DNA of 64,000 nt from Myxococcota bacterium (GCA_041687695.1 JAWLBL010000014.1:140955-204954); one strand, 5' to 3'. Numbered from the stretch's first letter, positions 10,023-21,382 are shown. Translations and numbers: made by a program. The notes: a model not told the origin generated them from the sequence alone.

Positions 10023-10038
10023 TGCAACAGCCGTACCA
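10023..10038 (-). promoter_or_regulatory. sigma54 -24/-12 promoter for the leftward operon
   Basis: Minus strand TGGTAC-GGCTG-TTGCA matches TGGYAC-N5-TTGCW, about 70 bp upstream of the ATG at 9955. Confidence 0.75.
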
Positions 10039-10043
10039 CAACG

Positions 10044-10056
10044 CAACCCGTTGAAA
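10044..10056 (-). promoter_or_regulatory. Putative IHF binding site
   Basis: TTTCAAcgggTTG versus consensus WATCAANNNNTTR (1 mismatch), immediately upstream of the sigma54 promoter. Confidence 0.5.
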
Positions 10057-10092
10057 TCACGAGGTGCTGGCGGGCTCGACGGCGCGCGGCGC

Positions 10093-10233
10093 GGGGATAA
10101 TTCCCCATTCCAGTGGGGACCAGGGCGGGAAAGGAGCGCTTCGGGGCCGCCCGGATCGCGCGGAGGGGCTGGCGCAGGCCGGACCGGGGAGGCCGGTGGG
10201 AAATTTCCCGCCCCTCGTCCTGGGAAAAATCCC
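10093..10233. promoter_or_regulatory. Three related palindromes, candidate enhancer (UAS) sites
   Basis: GGGGATAATTCCCC (10093-10106), GGGAAATTTCCC (10198-10209), GGGAAAAATCCC (10222-10233). Confidence 0.55.
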
Positions 10234-10367
10234 TCGCCATCCCAGGGCCGGCGCGCAGGCCGAAAAGTGCCCCATTTCTTCGTCATTACACGTCGTTGGA
10301 GGTCCACGGCCGCGACCTCCAAGCCTCGTCTCTAGCCCTGCGAAGGCGGCGCCCTATACTGGCGCGC

Positions 10368-11756
<1,389 letters not shown>

Positions 11757-11772
11757 CGCCCGCCCGGTCGCC

Positions 11773-12318
11773 TCAGTCCTCGCTGAGCTGCCCGTACCAG
11801 TAGCTCATGTCCGTCAGGTACTGCCGCCACGACGGGGGCATCGACCGGTCCGTCGTGAACCGCAGGCGCCAGCTGTCGGGCAGCGAGCGCGGCTTGACCG
11901 GCTCCGACATCAGGCGCATGCGCGCGTCCTCGGGCGTGCGGTTGCCCTTGCGCTGGTTGCAGGGCAGGCAGGCGATGACGATGTTGTCCCAGCGCGTCAG
12001 GCCGCCGCGGCTGCGGGGGACCACGTGGTCGTAGGTCGCGAGGTGACGCGGGACGCGGTGGCCGCAGTACTGGCAGCGCCCCTTGTCGCGCGCGTAGACG
12101 TTCTCGCGCGAGAACTTCACGCCGGGGCGGTGCCGACGCAGCGCGCGGACGAAGCGCACCACGGACGGCATGGGCAGCTGCACGCTGACCGTGCGCACCA
12201 CCCGGTCCTCGTATTCCTCGACGATCTCGACGCGGCCCGTCACCCAGAGCGTCATGGCGCGCTGCCAGCTGACTCGCTCCATCGGCTCCCAGGCCGCGCT
12301 GAGTACCAGGGTCTCCAT
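11773..12318 (-). CDS. Stand-alone HNH endonuclease (McrA-like)
   Basis: TLVLSAAWEP N-terminus, RDKGRCQYCG, DHVVPRSRGG, WDNIVIACLPCNQRKG. Confidence 0.92.
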   Translation of the reverse strand: METLVLSAAWEPMERVSWQRAMTLWVTGRVEIVEEYEDRVVRTVSVQLPMPSVVRFVRALRRHRPGVKFSRENVYARDKGRCQYCGHRVPRHLATYDHVVPRSRGGLTRWDNIVIACLPCNQRKGNRTPEDARMRLMSEPVKPRSLPDSWRLRFTTDRSMPPSWRQYLTDMSYWYGQLSED

Positions 12319-12545
12319 CGATCGCGCCTTCGGTGACGGGCGCCGCGCGAGCCATGTGGCTCGCAGCGGCCTTGCTGCCTCAACACGCGGCGGCCGCGGT
12401 CCATGCCCCGGGAACCTCCCGCCGTCGCCGTCGTCCCTGGTGCACGGGCCGTGACGCGCGCAGGACCCGCGACCCGTGGACGCGCGGGCGCGGACGAGGG
12501 ACCATCACCCGACGGCGCGGCGCCCCCTGGTCGGTGGAGGAACGG

Positions 12546-13799
12546 ATGGAGCCCCTTTTCGCCTTGTCGCTCTTGGCCACCTTCTGGCTCGCGCCCGCGC
12601 CGGATGCGGCCCTCGGCGCGCTCGCGGCCGCCCTCGACGCCGGGGCCGAGGCCTCGACCGCCCAGCTCGCCCGCGAGGACGCGGAGGCCACCCTCGCCCA
12701 CGGCGCGGCGCTGGTCGAGCGCTTCGAGTGCGCCCGCTGTCACGTCTCGGAGCGCCTCGCCGCGCCTGCCCGCGAGCAGCACTGCGTGGGCTGCCATCAG
12801 GACATCCTGGCCGGCCGCTACGACGCCCCGCCCGACGTGTTGGCCGACTGGCGCCGGCACATCGTCAACCTGCGGCACGCCCCCAGCCTGGACGCCACCG
12901 CGCGCCGCTTCCGCCGCGACTGGCTGGCTCGCTTCCTCGTGGCCCCGCACGACCTCCGCCCCGCCCTGCCCGCCTCGATGCCCCGCCTGCCGCTGCGCCC
13001 CGCGCAGGCGCGCGCCATCGCCGCCTGGCTGGTCCCGACCGAGGACCTCGGCCCCGCCCCGGCCGGCGATCCCACCCGCGGCCGCGTCCTGCTCGACACC
13101 AAGGGCTGCGGCACCTGCCACCGCATGACCGGCGCCGAGCCGCCCCTGAAGCCGTCGCCGCTGCCCGTCACCGTCCCGGCCGAGGCCATGGTCGCCGGCA
13201 TGGCCCTGGCCCCCGACCTGCGCCACACCCGCGCGCGCTTCCAGCCGGCCGCCCTGGTCCCGTGGCTGCTCGATCCGGTCGCCGTCAAGCCCGACACGAC
13301 GATGCCCAAGGTGCCGCTGACCGAGGCCGAGGCGCGCGACATCGCCGCCTACCTCCTGCACGCGCCGCTCGCGCCCGCCCCCGTGGCCGCCCTGCCGAGC
13401 CGCCTGCCGCCGCTGAGCCGCCGCGTCACCTGGGACGAGGTCGCCGCCCGCGTCTTCCGCGACACCTGCTGGCACTGCCACGGCGAGCCCGACCCGGTCC
13501 GCGGCGACGGAGGGCCCGGCAACACGGGCGGCTTCGGCTACGCGGGCCGCCGGCTCGTGCTGTCCGACTACACCGCCGTCGCCTCGGGCAGCGTCGACGA
13601 CGCGGGGCACCGGCGCAGCCTGTTCACGCGCCTGCCGGACGGGACCCCGCGCCTCGTCGCGCACTTGATGGCGCGCCACGCCGAGGTGGCCGGGCGGCCC
13701 GTCCACGGCGTGCTGGGCATGCCCCTGGGCCTGCCCCCGCTGAGCCTCGAGGACATCCAGCTGGTCGAGACGTGGATCACCCAGGGCCGGCCCCGCTGA
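12546..13799 (+). CDS. Exported multiheme c-type cytochrome (4 CxxCH)
   Basis: Signal peptide; CARCH, CVGCH, CGTCH, CWHCH; each of the APSL/APDL..WL..P..MP segments gives a likely Met ligand. Confidence 0.82.
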   Translation: MEPLFALSLLATFWLAPAPDAALGALAAALDAGAEASTAQLAREDAEATLAHGAALVERFECARCHVSERLAAPAREQHCVGCHQDILAGRYDAPPDVLADWRRHIVNLRHAPSLDATARRFRRDWLARFLVAPHDLRPALPASMPRLPLRPAQARAIAAWLVPTEDLGPAPAGDPTRGRVLLDTKGCGTCHRMTGAEPPLKPSPLPVTVPAEAMVAGMALAPDLRHTRARFQPAALVPWLLDPVAVKPDTTMPKVPLTEAEARDIAAYLLHAPLAPAPVAALPSRLPPLSRRVTWDEVAARVFRDTCWHCHGEPDPVRGDGGPGNTGGFGYAGRRLVLSDYTAVASGSVDDAGHRRSLFTRLPDGTPRLVAHLMARHAEVAGRPVHGVLGMPLGLPPLSLEDIQLVETWITQGRPR

Positions 13800-13907
13800 C
13801 CGGCGCGGCTTGAAGACGATCCGCAAGCGATTACGGGTATTTACACATCCCTCCGCCGCACCCGGTCCCGGGCCGCGGCGCGCCTGTCACCGACCAGGAG
13901 GTGGGGC

Positions 13908-14438
13908 TTGCCCCTACGAATCCACCCGAGCTCGGGGGCCATCCAATGGCTCGCCACCGGCGCCGCGATGGGCGTCGTGGCGGGCGTGACCCTGGGCTTG
14001 TACGAGATGATCGTCGCCGGCCTGACCGGGCCCGGCTTCCTCGCCCCCGTCATCGCCGCCGCGTCGCTCGTGGACGGCCCGGACGCCCTGGCGGCCGCCG
14101 AACAGGCCGAGGTGATCCGCCGTGGCCTGATGGTCCACGCGGCCCTGTCGGCCGGCTGGGGCGCGTTCTTCGGGCTGCTCGGCGCCCTCGTGCCCGTCCT
14201 GAGGATGAGCCGGCTGGGTGTCTTCCTCGTCGGGCCGCTGTTCGGGGCCCTGGTGTGGGCCGTGCACTTCCAGCTGGCCGTGCCGCTCCTGTTCCCGTGG
14301 TTCCCCACGAGCCCCGGCGGCATGGGGCTGACCGGCCACGTGGCGCTGTTCGGCGCCGTCCTGGGCGCGCTGGTGGCGCGTCGCATGGACCGCTACAGCC
14401 TGCGCGCCGAGCTGGGCCAGCCGTCGCGCGCCTCCTGA
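13908..14438 (+). CDS. Small membrane protein (about 4 TM helices, conserved His residues)
   Basis: AGGAGG RBS before TTG; four hydrophobic segments; GLMVHAALS and GHVALFG. Confidence 0.7.
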   Translation: MPLRIHPSSGAIQWLATGAAMGVVAGVTLGLYEMIVAGLTGPGFLAPVIAAASLVDGPDALAAAEQAEVIRRGLMVHAALSAGWGAFFGLLGALVPVLRMSRLGVFLVGPLFGALVWAVHFQLAVPLLFPWFPTSPGGMGLTGHVALFGAVLGALVARRMDRYSLRAELGQPSRAS

Positions 14439-14511
14439 CGAGGCGCGCGGGCTCCGAGGTGCCCCGCCACGCCGGCGGGGCACGTTCGCCGTGGTCCTCC
14501 GGGCGCGGGGC

Positions 14512-14925
14512 CTACTCGAGCTGGTCGCGCAGCCCCCGGAGCACGTCGATGTAGCTCACGATGCCGACGAGCTCGCCGGTGTGCTCCTGGACGACCGGGA
14601 TGGCGCCCACGCGGTGCTCGATCATCAGATCCATCACCTCGCCGAGGTCCGTCTCCGGGTCGACGTAGAGGACGTCACCGCTCATGACGTCCGAGATCGC
14701 CGCGCGCCCGCCCGCCTCGACCACACGCAGCGCGCGGTCGTCGTCGGCGGTCACGGCCGACATGGCCCGGAGGTCGCGGTCGCTGACCATCCCCACGAGC
14801 TGCCCGGCGTCGACGATCGGCAGGTGCCGCACGTCCAGGTCATGAAGCAGCTCGTAGGCCTGCGACACCGAGGTGTCGGTGCCGACGAACCGCGGATGAC
14901 GTGTCATCACGTCCTGTGCGTTCAT
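14512..14925 (-). CDS. CBS-domain pair protein
   Basis: DVMT, RHLPIVDAGQLVGMVSDRDL, AIPVV..LVGIVSYIDVL. Confidence 0.9.
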   Translation of the reverse strand: MNAQDVMTRHPRFVGTDTSVSQAYELLHDLDVRHLPIVDAGQLVGMVSDRDLRAMSAVTADDDRALRVVEAGGRAAISDVMSGDVLYVDPETDLGEVMDLMIEHRVGAIPVVQEHTGELVGIVSYIDVLRGLRDQLE

Positions 14926-15006
14926 GGCGTCCCCCCTTCCAGGTCCACGGACAACCATGCGCCCGCCCCACGGCCGTTCAAGCGCAGCGCGCCTGGAGGC
15001 GGCCGC

Positions 15007-15789
15007 TCAGTCGTCGGGGTTCCAGTTGCCGTCCACGTCCGGGGGGCGCTCCTGGAGGCTGGAGGCCAGCTCGCCGAGATCCTGGTAGCGGCTCTGGCAG
15101 GGGCGCCCCTCGGCGTGCAGGAACCGCACCCGTCGGTAGTCGGCCGACAGCCGGATGAGGGTGGACGAACGCGTCCCGTAGTTGCGGCCGTCGGCGTGGA
15201 CGCACGTCCCCGCCAGCGGATCGGGGTCGTGACGCCGCAGAAGCTCGAGGAGCGCCTCGTCCGTGGGCGCCTCGGAGGCGCGCGCGAGGCGGTCGAGCGT
15301 CTCGGCGAGCGCCGCCTCGCGCGCGGGGGTCCGGGCGCCGAAGCTGGCCTCGGTGAAGACGTGGGCGCCGGGCTCGAGGGCGTCCCAGGCGAAGCGGACC
15401 CCGTCGCTCCAGGCGACGAAGGCCTCGTCGCGGTCCGCGATGACCAGATTGAAGGGGTTGAACGCGATGGCGTCGAGGTCGGCGACGTGCTCGATGGCGA
15501 CCCGGGCCCTGGGCTCGGTCAGCGCGGCCAAGGGCAGCTCGCCGCGCGAGCGGCGGTGGGGCTGGCGCACCTGCCCCATGCGGTTGGTGACGGCCGCCAC
15601 GACGCCGCCCGCGTTGATCCCGAGCCAGGTGCCGCCGGCCTCGACGTCGCGCGGCGCCAGCGTCGGGATGGCGTGCTTGTCCCAGAGCGTGGGCGGCTCG
15701 GCGGGTCGGTCGAGGCGCTCGTCCCGGTTGGCCGCGAGGATGAGGGGCGCCTCGGGGAAGAGGCCGTGGAGCAGAATGAGCGTGCACAT
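15007..15789 (-). CDS. NRDE/TANGO2 family protein (Ntn hydrolase-like)
   Basis: N-terminal MCT, AANRDE, PRDVEAGGTWLGIN, SRGELP, YGTRSST. Confidence 0.92.
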   Translation of the reverse strand: MCTLILLHGLFPEAPLILAANRDERLDRPAEPPTLWDKHAIPTLAPRDVEAGGTWLGINAGGVVAAVTNRMGQVRQPHRRSRGELPLAALTEPRARVAIEHVADLDAIAFNPFNLVIADRDEAFVAWSDGVRFAWDALEPGAHVFTEASFGARTPAREAALAETLDRLARASEAPTDEALLELLRRHDPDPLAGTCVHADGRNYGTRSSTLIRLSADYRRVRFLHAEGRPCQSRYQDLGELASSLQERPPDVDGNWNPDD

Positions 15790-16042
15790 GGGCGGTTCCT
15801 GAACCGACGGCAGGGGGTCGCCGCAAGAGTGCCCCAAGCCCGGTTCACCGGCTACGTTCCGAGCGCGTGCGGCCGCGGCGCAGGGCGGCGCGGAGCGCGC
15901 GCTGCGGCGACGCTGAGCGGCAGCCCCCATGACACGCGCGTCATGGCCCCGGTGGATTCGCGGAGGCGACGCGCCGCGAGCGCGAGCGACTGGACGGCCC
16001 GGCGCGCCGCCCCCATGGCGTCTCCATGGCGTCTCGCGGTGC

Positions 16043-16058
16043 AGGCACGAGCTTTGCA
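16043..16058 (+). promoter_or_regulatory. sigma54 -24/-12 promoter
   Basis: AGGCAC-GAGCT-TTGCA, 55 bp upstream of the ATG at 16114. Confidence 0.55.
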
Positions 16059-16113
16059 GGATGAGAGCGAAGGACTTGCGTCATAACGCAGCGCGTCATA
16101 TGGAGTCCTCCTC

Positions 16114-17100
16114 ATGAAGCCTCGCCTCTCGCTCGAACCCGCGCCGACTGCTGCCATGGGCGCCGTCCCCGGCAGCCGCACCTCGGCCGCGCCGGTCGTC
16201 CTCACCTGCCGCGAGCGCGCGCAGGACTTCGAGGTGGTGTCGGCCGACCCCTTCTGCGGGGTGCTGCAGACCCCGGCTGGCCGGCGCACGCCCCCCATCG
16301 GCGCCAGGCTGACCCTGTCCGGGCACGACGCGGGGCTCGGTGACGTGGTCTTCGTCGCGGTGGTGACGGGGCTCGGGGCCGACGTGGGCGCCGGCGGTTC
16401 GTCGCCGGTGCGGCGCTTGACGGTCGAGTGGGCCGAGGTGGCGGCCAGCGGGCGGCGACAGACGCTCATCGACGCGCTGCACCGCGTCCTGGGCCTGCGG
16501 GCCCGCCGGACCAGCGCCGAGGACTCGCTGTCGCGCCAACGCGTCCTCGTCTACGACGCCGTCGCCCGTCAGGTCCGCCTGACGACGCTCGCCGAGCGGC
16601 CCGACCTGGCCCTCGCCCTGGCCCCCGAGCTCCCGTCCGCTCCGGGTCGGCGCCAGTCCCTGCCCGGCGGCCGGCCCCGCACGCAGCCGCGCATCCTGGT
16701 GGACACGGGCCGTCCGGTGGTCGCGCAGCCGCACGTGTCGCCGCTGGTCGTGACCCTGGGCCGCACCGAGCCGCGCCCCATGCCCGTCTACCGGCGCACG
16801 GCGGCCGCCGGGACCTACTCGCTGGGCGACCGCACGACGCCCATGGAGGTCACGCTGCTCGGCCTGACCCACTGCATGTTCGTGATGCAGGGCGTCGACG
16901 CGCCGCCCGTCGGGGCGCACGTCGAGCTGGCCGTCCCGGCCGACCCGGTGGCGATGGGGCACGTCCTGGTCAGCGGCCAGGTCAGCCTGGTCACCGCCGA
17001 CGCCTACCACGGCCGGGCCTTCGTCGAGGTGGATCTGCAGTCGCGGCAGCTCCCGCCGCTGTACCACCGCCTGGTCATGCACTGGGGCCGCCGGGGCTGA
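16114..17100 (+). CDS. Hypothetical protein, possibly two degenerate PilZ-like beta domains
   Basis: GGAG RBS; two repeats of a PPxGAxxxL beta-rich unit; canonical c-di-GMP motifs not intact. Confidence 0.55.
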   Translation: MKPRLSLEPAPTAAMGAVPGSRTSAAPVVLTCRERAQDFEVVSADPFCGVLQTPAGRRTPPIGARLTLSGHDAGLGDVVFVAVVTGLGADVGAGGSSPVRRLTVEWAEVAASGRRQTLIDALHRVLGLRARRTSAEDSLSRQRVLVYDAVARQVRLTTLAERPDLALALAPELPSAPGRRQSLPGGRPRTQPRILVDTGRPVVAQPHVSPLVVTLGRTEPRPMPVYRRTAAAGTYSLGDRTTPMEVTLLGLTHCMFVMQGVDAPPVGAHVELAVPADPVAMGHVLVSGQVSLVTADAYHGRAFVEVDLQSRQLPPLYHRLVMHWGRRG

Positions 17101-17198
17101 CCTGCCCGCCCGCGGCCCCGGGCTTCACAGCGCGCCGGAATGCCGGGACGATGTCGGCCGTTGCCGCGGCGACCCCTCTCCCGAGCCCAGGCCAGCCC

Positions 17199-19388
17199 AT
17201 GATCCGTCGATCCTCGCGCCGCCGCCCGGCGCGCCTCGGCCCGCTCTTCGGCGCGACCTGCGCCGCGGTGCTCGCGCTGACCGCATGCGGCGAGCCGCCG
17301 CGCCCCGACGACGCGCCGGCCCCCCGCGCCGGCCTGGCGACCCAGGCGCCCGGCGTGCCGACGACCGGCGCCGGGACGGCCGCTGGCGCTCCTCCCGCCG
17401 CCCCGACCCAGGCGCCGACGGCGCTCCAGGGGGCGACGCCGCCACCCGCCGCGGACGACCGGCTCACGCGGGTGCGCGCCCTGCTCGGGCGCACCCTGAA
17501 CACCACGGCCGGCGACCTCGCCCGGTTCGAGGGCGCGCCGCACTACCAGCTGACGCTCGACTTCGACGCCGGGCTGATGGCCTACGACGGCTCGTCGCGC
17601 CTGACGCTGACGCCCCGGGCTGGCGGCGAGCGCCTGGTCTTCCTGCTGTACCCGAACTCGCCCGAGCTGGTGCACGCCGGGACGCAGAACCTGTCGGTCT
17701 CCGAGGTGCGCGTGGCCGGTCGGCCGGTCCAGCCGACGTTCGACGGGCCGCTGATGACGGTGCCCCTGCCGGCCGGCGTCGCGAACGGCGGCCCCCTGAC
17801 GGTGGAGATGCGCTTTCGAGGGGTCCTGTTCCGGCTGCCCGAGGGCGCGGCCGACGCCGAGCGCGTGGCGCTCGATCAGCTGCTGAAGATGGTGGTCGGC
17901 GGCGAGCACGAAAAGGGCGGCTTCGGCGTCTTCAGCTACGGCGACCGGGTGGCCAGCCTGGGCCTGTGGTACCCCATCCTGGCCAACTTCTCCGAAGAGG
18001 GCGGCTGGGACACGCGGCCGGGCGCGGCGGTCGGGGACGTGAGCTTCTTCGACGTCGCCAACTACGAGCTCGAGGTCACCGCGCCGTGGGACATGACCGT
18101 CATCACCACGGGGGTGACCGCGGGGCGGCAAGCCGAGGGCGACCGCCAGCGCGTGCGGGTCGAGGCCGGCGCCGTGCGCGAGCTGGCGGTGCAGATGTCG
18201 CGCGAGTACGCGTCGACGTCGACCGTCGTCGACGGCGTGAAGGTCACCAGCTGGTACTTGCCCGAGCACGCCGACGCCGGCCGCCGGGTGCTCGAGCACG
18301 CGCGCGACGCGCTGCGCGAGTTTGGCCAGGCCTTCGGCCCCTACCCCTACACCGAGCTGGACGTGGTCGAGGCGCCCCTGGTCGGGGGCGCGGCCGGCGT
18401 CGAGTTCCCGGGCCTGGTCACCATCGGCAAGATGCTCTACGGCCCCCCGGCGCTGGTCCCGGGCTCGGCGCCGCCGGGCGTGGACGTCGGGAGCCTGCTG
18501 GGCGACACGCTCGAGTTCGTCGTCGCCCACGAGGTCGCCCACGAGTGGTGGAACGCCGTGGTCGGCAGCGACAGCAAGCGCCACCCGTTCCTGGACGAGG
18601 CGTTGGCGAACCACAGCGCCGTCCTGTACTTCGACCGCAAGTACGGGCCCGAGGCCGCCCGCAAGCAGCGCGCGATGCAGCTCGAGCTGCCCTACCACAT
18701 GGCCCGCATGGCCGGCGCCCAGGACCGCCGGGTCGACCTGCCGACCGACGCCTTCGACGACCTGAACGAGTACGCCGCCATCGTCTACGGCAAGGGCGGC
18801 CTCTTCTTCGAACACATGCGGCAGCGCCTGGGCGACGAGCGCTGGCTGACCTTCCTGCGCGACTACTACCGCCGCCACGCCTTCGGCCTGGCCACGCCGG
18901 CCTCGCTGGTCGACGCGATGGCCGCGGCGTCGTCCGACCCGGCCGACGTCCGGGCCCGGGCCGACCGCTGGCTCAAGCAGGCCTTCGGCGACCTGGACAT
19001 CGGCCCGCCCGACGCGACGGCCCTGCTGCGGACCCTGGTCGAGGGCGCCGATCTCGGCCCCGACGGCCAGCGGCTGGTCGAGCTGCTCGACCACCGCGGC
19101 ATGAAGGAGCTGCAGCGGATGCTCGACCCGTCGGCGGCGCTCGACCCCGGCGCCCCCGGGCCGGATCTCGGGGCCGTGATCGAGCTGTCGGCGCGGCTCC
19201 TCGAGGGCGACGACCCCGAGCTCGCCCGGCTGCTGGGCGCCACCGGCCGCGTCATGTCGCGCGTGCAGGCCGGCGACGACGACCCGCGGGCCCTCATCAA
19301 GGACATCGGCCGCGAGCTGACCCGCGACGACCCCGAGCTGCGCGCCTGGCTCGAGGCCGCCGATCTGCTGCTGAAGCTGGCCGAGTAG
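17199..19388 (+). CDS. M1-family (gluzincin) metallopeptidase lipoprotein
   Basis: Lipobox LTAC, FGPYPY, AGVEFPG (GxMEN-like), HEVAHEWW plus downstream LDEALA, VYGKG; start approximate. Confidence 0.88.
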   Translation: MIRRSSRRRPARLGPLFGATCAAVLALTACGEPPRPDDAPAPRAGLATQAPGVPTTGAGTAAGAPPAAPTQAPTALQGATPPPAADDRLTRVRALLGRTLNTTAGDLARFEGAPHYQLTLDFDAGLMAYDGSSRLTLTPRAGGERLVFLLYPNSPELVHAGTQNLSVSEVRVAGRPVQPTFDGPLMTVPLPAGVANGGPLTVEMRFRGVLFRLPEGAADAERVALDQLLKMVVGGEHEKGGFGVFSYGDRVASLGLWYPILANFSEEGGWDTRPGAAVGDVSFFDVANYELEVTAPWDMTVITTGVTAGRQAEGDRQRVRVEAGAVRELAVQMSREYASTSTVVDGVKVTSWYLPEHADAGRRVLEHARDALREFGQAFGPYPYTELDVVEAPLVGGAAGVEFPGLVTIGKMLYGPPALVPGSAPPGVDVGSLLGDTLEFVVAHEVAHEWWNAVVGSDSKRHPFLDEALANHSAVLYFDRKYGPEAARKQRAMQLELPYHMARMAGAQDRRVDLPTDAFDDLNEYAAIVYGKGGLFFEHMRQRLGDERWLTFLRDYYRRHAFGLATPASLVDAMAAASSDPADVRARADRWLKQAFGDLDIGPPDATALLRTLVEGADLGPDGQRLVELLDHRGMKELQRMLDPSAALDPGAPGPDLGAVIELSARLLEGDDPELARLLGATGRVMSRVQAGDDDPRALIKDIGRELTRDDPELRAWLEAADLLLKLAE

Positions 19389-19391
19389 CGG

Positions 19392-20309
19392 TCAGCGGCC
19401 AGCGGCCAGCGCGTCGATGCGGCGGCGGAGCGCGTCCAGCGCGACGGGCGCGACCTCGACCCCGGCCACCGCCCCCCCGGCCGCCTGCAGCATCGCCTGC
19501 GCGCCCTGCCCGCCCAGGACCAGGGGCGCGGCGCCCACCGCCTTGGCGTAGGCGTCCAGCAGCGCGGCCCCGGCCCGCCGCGAGGTCGGCGGCACGGTGA
19601 CCGACAGGCCGACGATCGCGGGGCCAAGCCGCTCCACGGCCGCGGCCAGCGCATCGGGCGGCGTCCGGATCCCCAGCAGGACCGTGCGGTAGCCCCAGGT
19701 CGACAGGTGGATGCCCGCGGCGAGCGGCCCCACGCCGTGGAGCTCGTCGGCCGCGCAGGCCAGCACGATGGTGCGAGGCGCGTGCTGCGGCTGCACGATC
19801 CGGTGCAGGTCGCGGAGCAGGCCCTCGAGGACGTGGGTCGCCAGGTGCTCGTGCGCGACGCCGAGCTCGCCCGAGGCCCACATGGCGCCGATCCGATGCA
19901 GCGCGGGGGTCACCACGTCCGCCACCAGCCCCGACGCCGACGTCATGGCCATGGCGCCGCGCGCGGCGCGCTCGAGGGCCTCGGCGTCGAGCCGGCGCGT
20001 CGCGTCGACGATGGCGTCCACCGCGCGATCGAGGCCCTCGTCGCGCGCGACGACCCCGACGGGGGTGGGCGCGGGGCCCTCGTGGCGGACGATCTCGGCC
20101 GCGGCCCCCGGCGCGACGCCGCGCGCGCGCAGATCGCGGAAGCGCTGGATCTGCTGGACGTCCTCGGGCGAGTAGAGCCGATAGGCGCCAGAGCTGCGCC
20201 CGGGCTCGGGGATGCCGTAGCGCTTCTCCCACGCGCGCAGCGTAGGGGCGCGGACGCCGGTCATCTCGGCGACGACCTGGATGCGGAACAACTCCGGCTC
20301 GCGTGCCAT
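19392..20309 (-). CDS. CarH/LitR-like MerR-family regulator with cobalamin-binding domain
   Basis: MerR HTH (TLRAWEKRYG..RSSGAYRLY), W-x9-EH motif (WASGELGVAHEH), ExHxxG (ELHGVG), GLSVT, VLGGQG. Confidence 0.88.
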   Translation of the reverse strand: MAREPELFRIQVVAEMTGVRAPTLRAWEKRYGIPEPGRSSGAYRLYSPEDVQQIQRFRDLRARGVAPGAAAEIVRHEGPAPTPVGVVARDEGLDRAVDAIVDATRRLDAEALERAARGAMAMTSASGLVADVVTPALHRIGAMWASGELGVAHEHLATHVLEGLLRDLHRIVQPQHAPRTIVLACAADELHGVGPLAAGIHLSTWGYRTVLLGIRTPPDALAAAVERLGPAIVGLSVTVPPTSRRAGAALLDAYAKAVGAAPLVLGGQGAQAMLQAAGGAVAGVEVAPVALDALRRRIDALAAGR

Positions 20310-20331
20310 CCCCTCTCCGTGGTCGCCGTGG

Positions 20332-20385
20332 TGTCGAACCTTTGTCGAAGCTAATCGCACGGAGGGACGTGAACAAGCTTGTTCA
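20332..20385. promoter_or_regulatory. Candidate CarH operator and perfect 16-bp palindrome
   Basis: TGTCGAA at 20332 and 20343 (11-bp spacing; minus strand TTCGACA contains TnnACA); TGAACAAGCTTGTTCA at 20370-20385. Confidence 0.55.
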
Positions 20386-20414
20386 GCGCGTGGGCCTGAC
20401 GCTATGACCACCCG

Positions 20415-21368
20415 ATGGACACGACCCGCGGGCACCGGGCCGCACACGATCCCCTCAAGGGCCGCGTCGCGGGCCTCCTCGCCACGGCCCTCGTGGCGGG
20501 CGGCTGCGCCACGCTGCCGGACGGGCCGGTCGAGCGCGGCCTGTACCGCGACCTGACGCAGATCGTCGAGACCCGACAGCGCACCGAGTGGGTGGTCGAC
20601 CGCGCCGAGATCGAGCAGGCCTCGACCACCGCGATGCGCAGCGTCTGCAAGACCGAGCCAGCTCGGCGCGAGGCCCTGGCCGCCTGGCTCGACGGCCTCA
20701 TCGCGGCGGAGGGCGGGCCCGCGCGCGACGCGTGGCTCCGGCGAGGTCGCGACCGGCGCGAGATCGACGATCTCCTGACGCTCGAGCGCACACGCGCGCT
20801 GCTGGGATACGCGCACGCGCGCGCTGCCGAGGACTGCCCGTTCTGGCTCAACCCGGACCCCGAGTTCCGCGGCGTCCACACCAGCACCGATCGGCTGGTG
20901 CTGCTGCTCGAGAGCCGCGGGGCCGCGGCGCTCATCCGCAGAGAGGGCGGCTGGGTGGTGGGTGGCGGGGGCGCCGGCCGGCTGATGCCCGCCTGGGGCC
21001 TCGACGACCGCTTGGTGCTGGGCGTCGGCGCCGAGGTCGGCGGCTTCGGGCTGCTCGGCGAGGGGAGCGACGGCGACACGGCCATCGACGCCTCGTTCAC
21101 GGCCGCGGTCCCGCTGCTCGTCAGGCTGGTGGACGGGACGCGGATCTGGGACTTCGAGGCCGGCCTGACCACCTTCGTGGGCGAGCACACCTGGCCGGTC
21201 GGCTACCGGGTCGCGTTCGGCGGCGGGGTCGCCACGCTGAGGGTGGGCGCCTTCATGCCGGTCATCGTCGTCTACCTCGGCTACGAGTACCATCCGCAGC
21301 GCGGGCCGAACGAGCCGATGCACCTCATCGGCGCGGGCACGCGGGTGGGCCTGGACTTCGACCCATGA
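20415..21368 (+). CDS. Hypothetical lipoprotein (helical N-domain plus beta-barrel-like C-domain)
   Basis: Lipobox AGGC, GC3-rich ORF, alternating beta-strands at the C-terminus. Confidence 0.65.
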   Translation: MDTTRGHRAAHDPLKGRVAGLLATALVAGGCATLPDGPVERGLYRDLTQIVETRQRTEWVVDRAEIEQASTTAMRSVCKTEPARREALAAWLDGLIAAEGGPARDAWLRRGRDRREIDDLLTLERTRALLGYAHARAAEDCPFWLNPDPEFRGVHTSTDRLVLLLESRGAAALIRREGGWVVGGGGAGRLMPAWGLDDRLVLGVGAEVGGFGLLGEGSDGDTAIDASFTAAVPLLVRLVDGTRIWDFEAGLTTFVGEHTWPVGYRVAFGGGVATLRVGAFMPVIVVYLGYEYHPQRGPNEPMHLIGAGTRVGLDFDP

Positions 21369-21382
21369 GGCAGTGAGGGATC

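Noticed and set aside
11773..12318. HNH gene as IscB/Cas9-like or homing endonuclease
   Set aside because: Only 181 aa, with no RuvC motifs, no intron context and no flanking array; it fits the common stand-alone HNH family.
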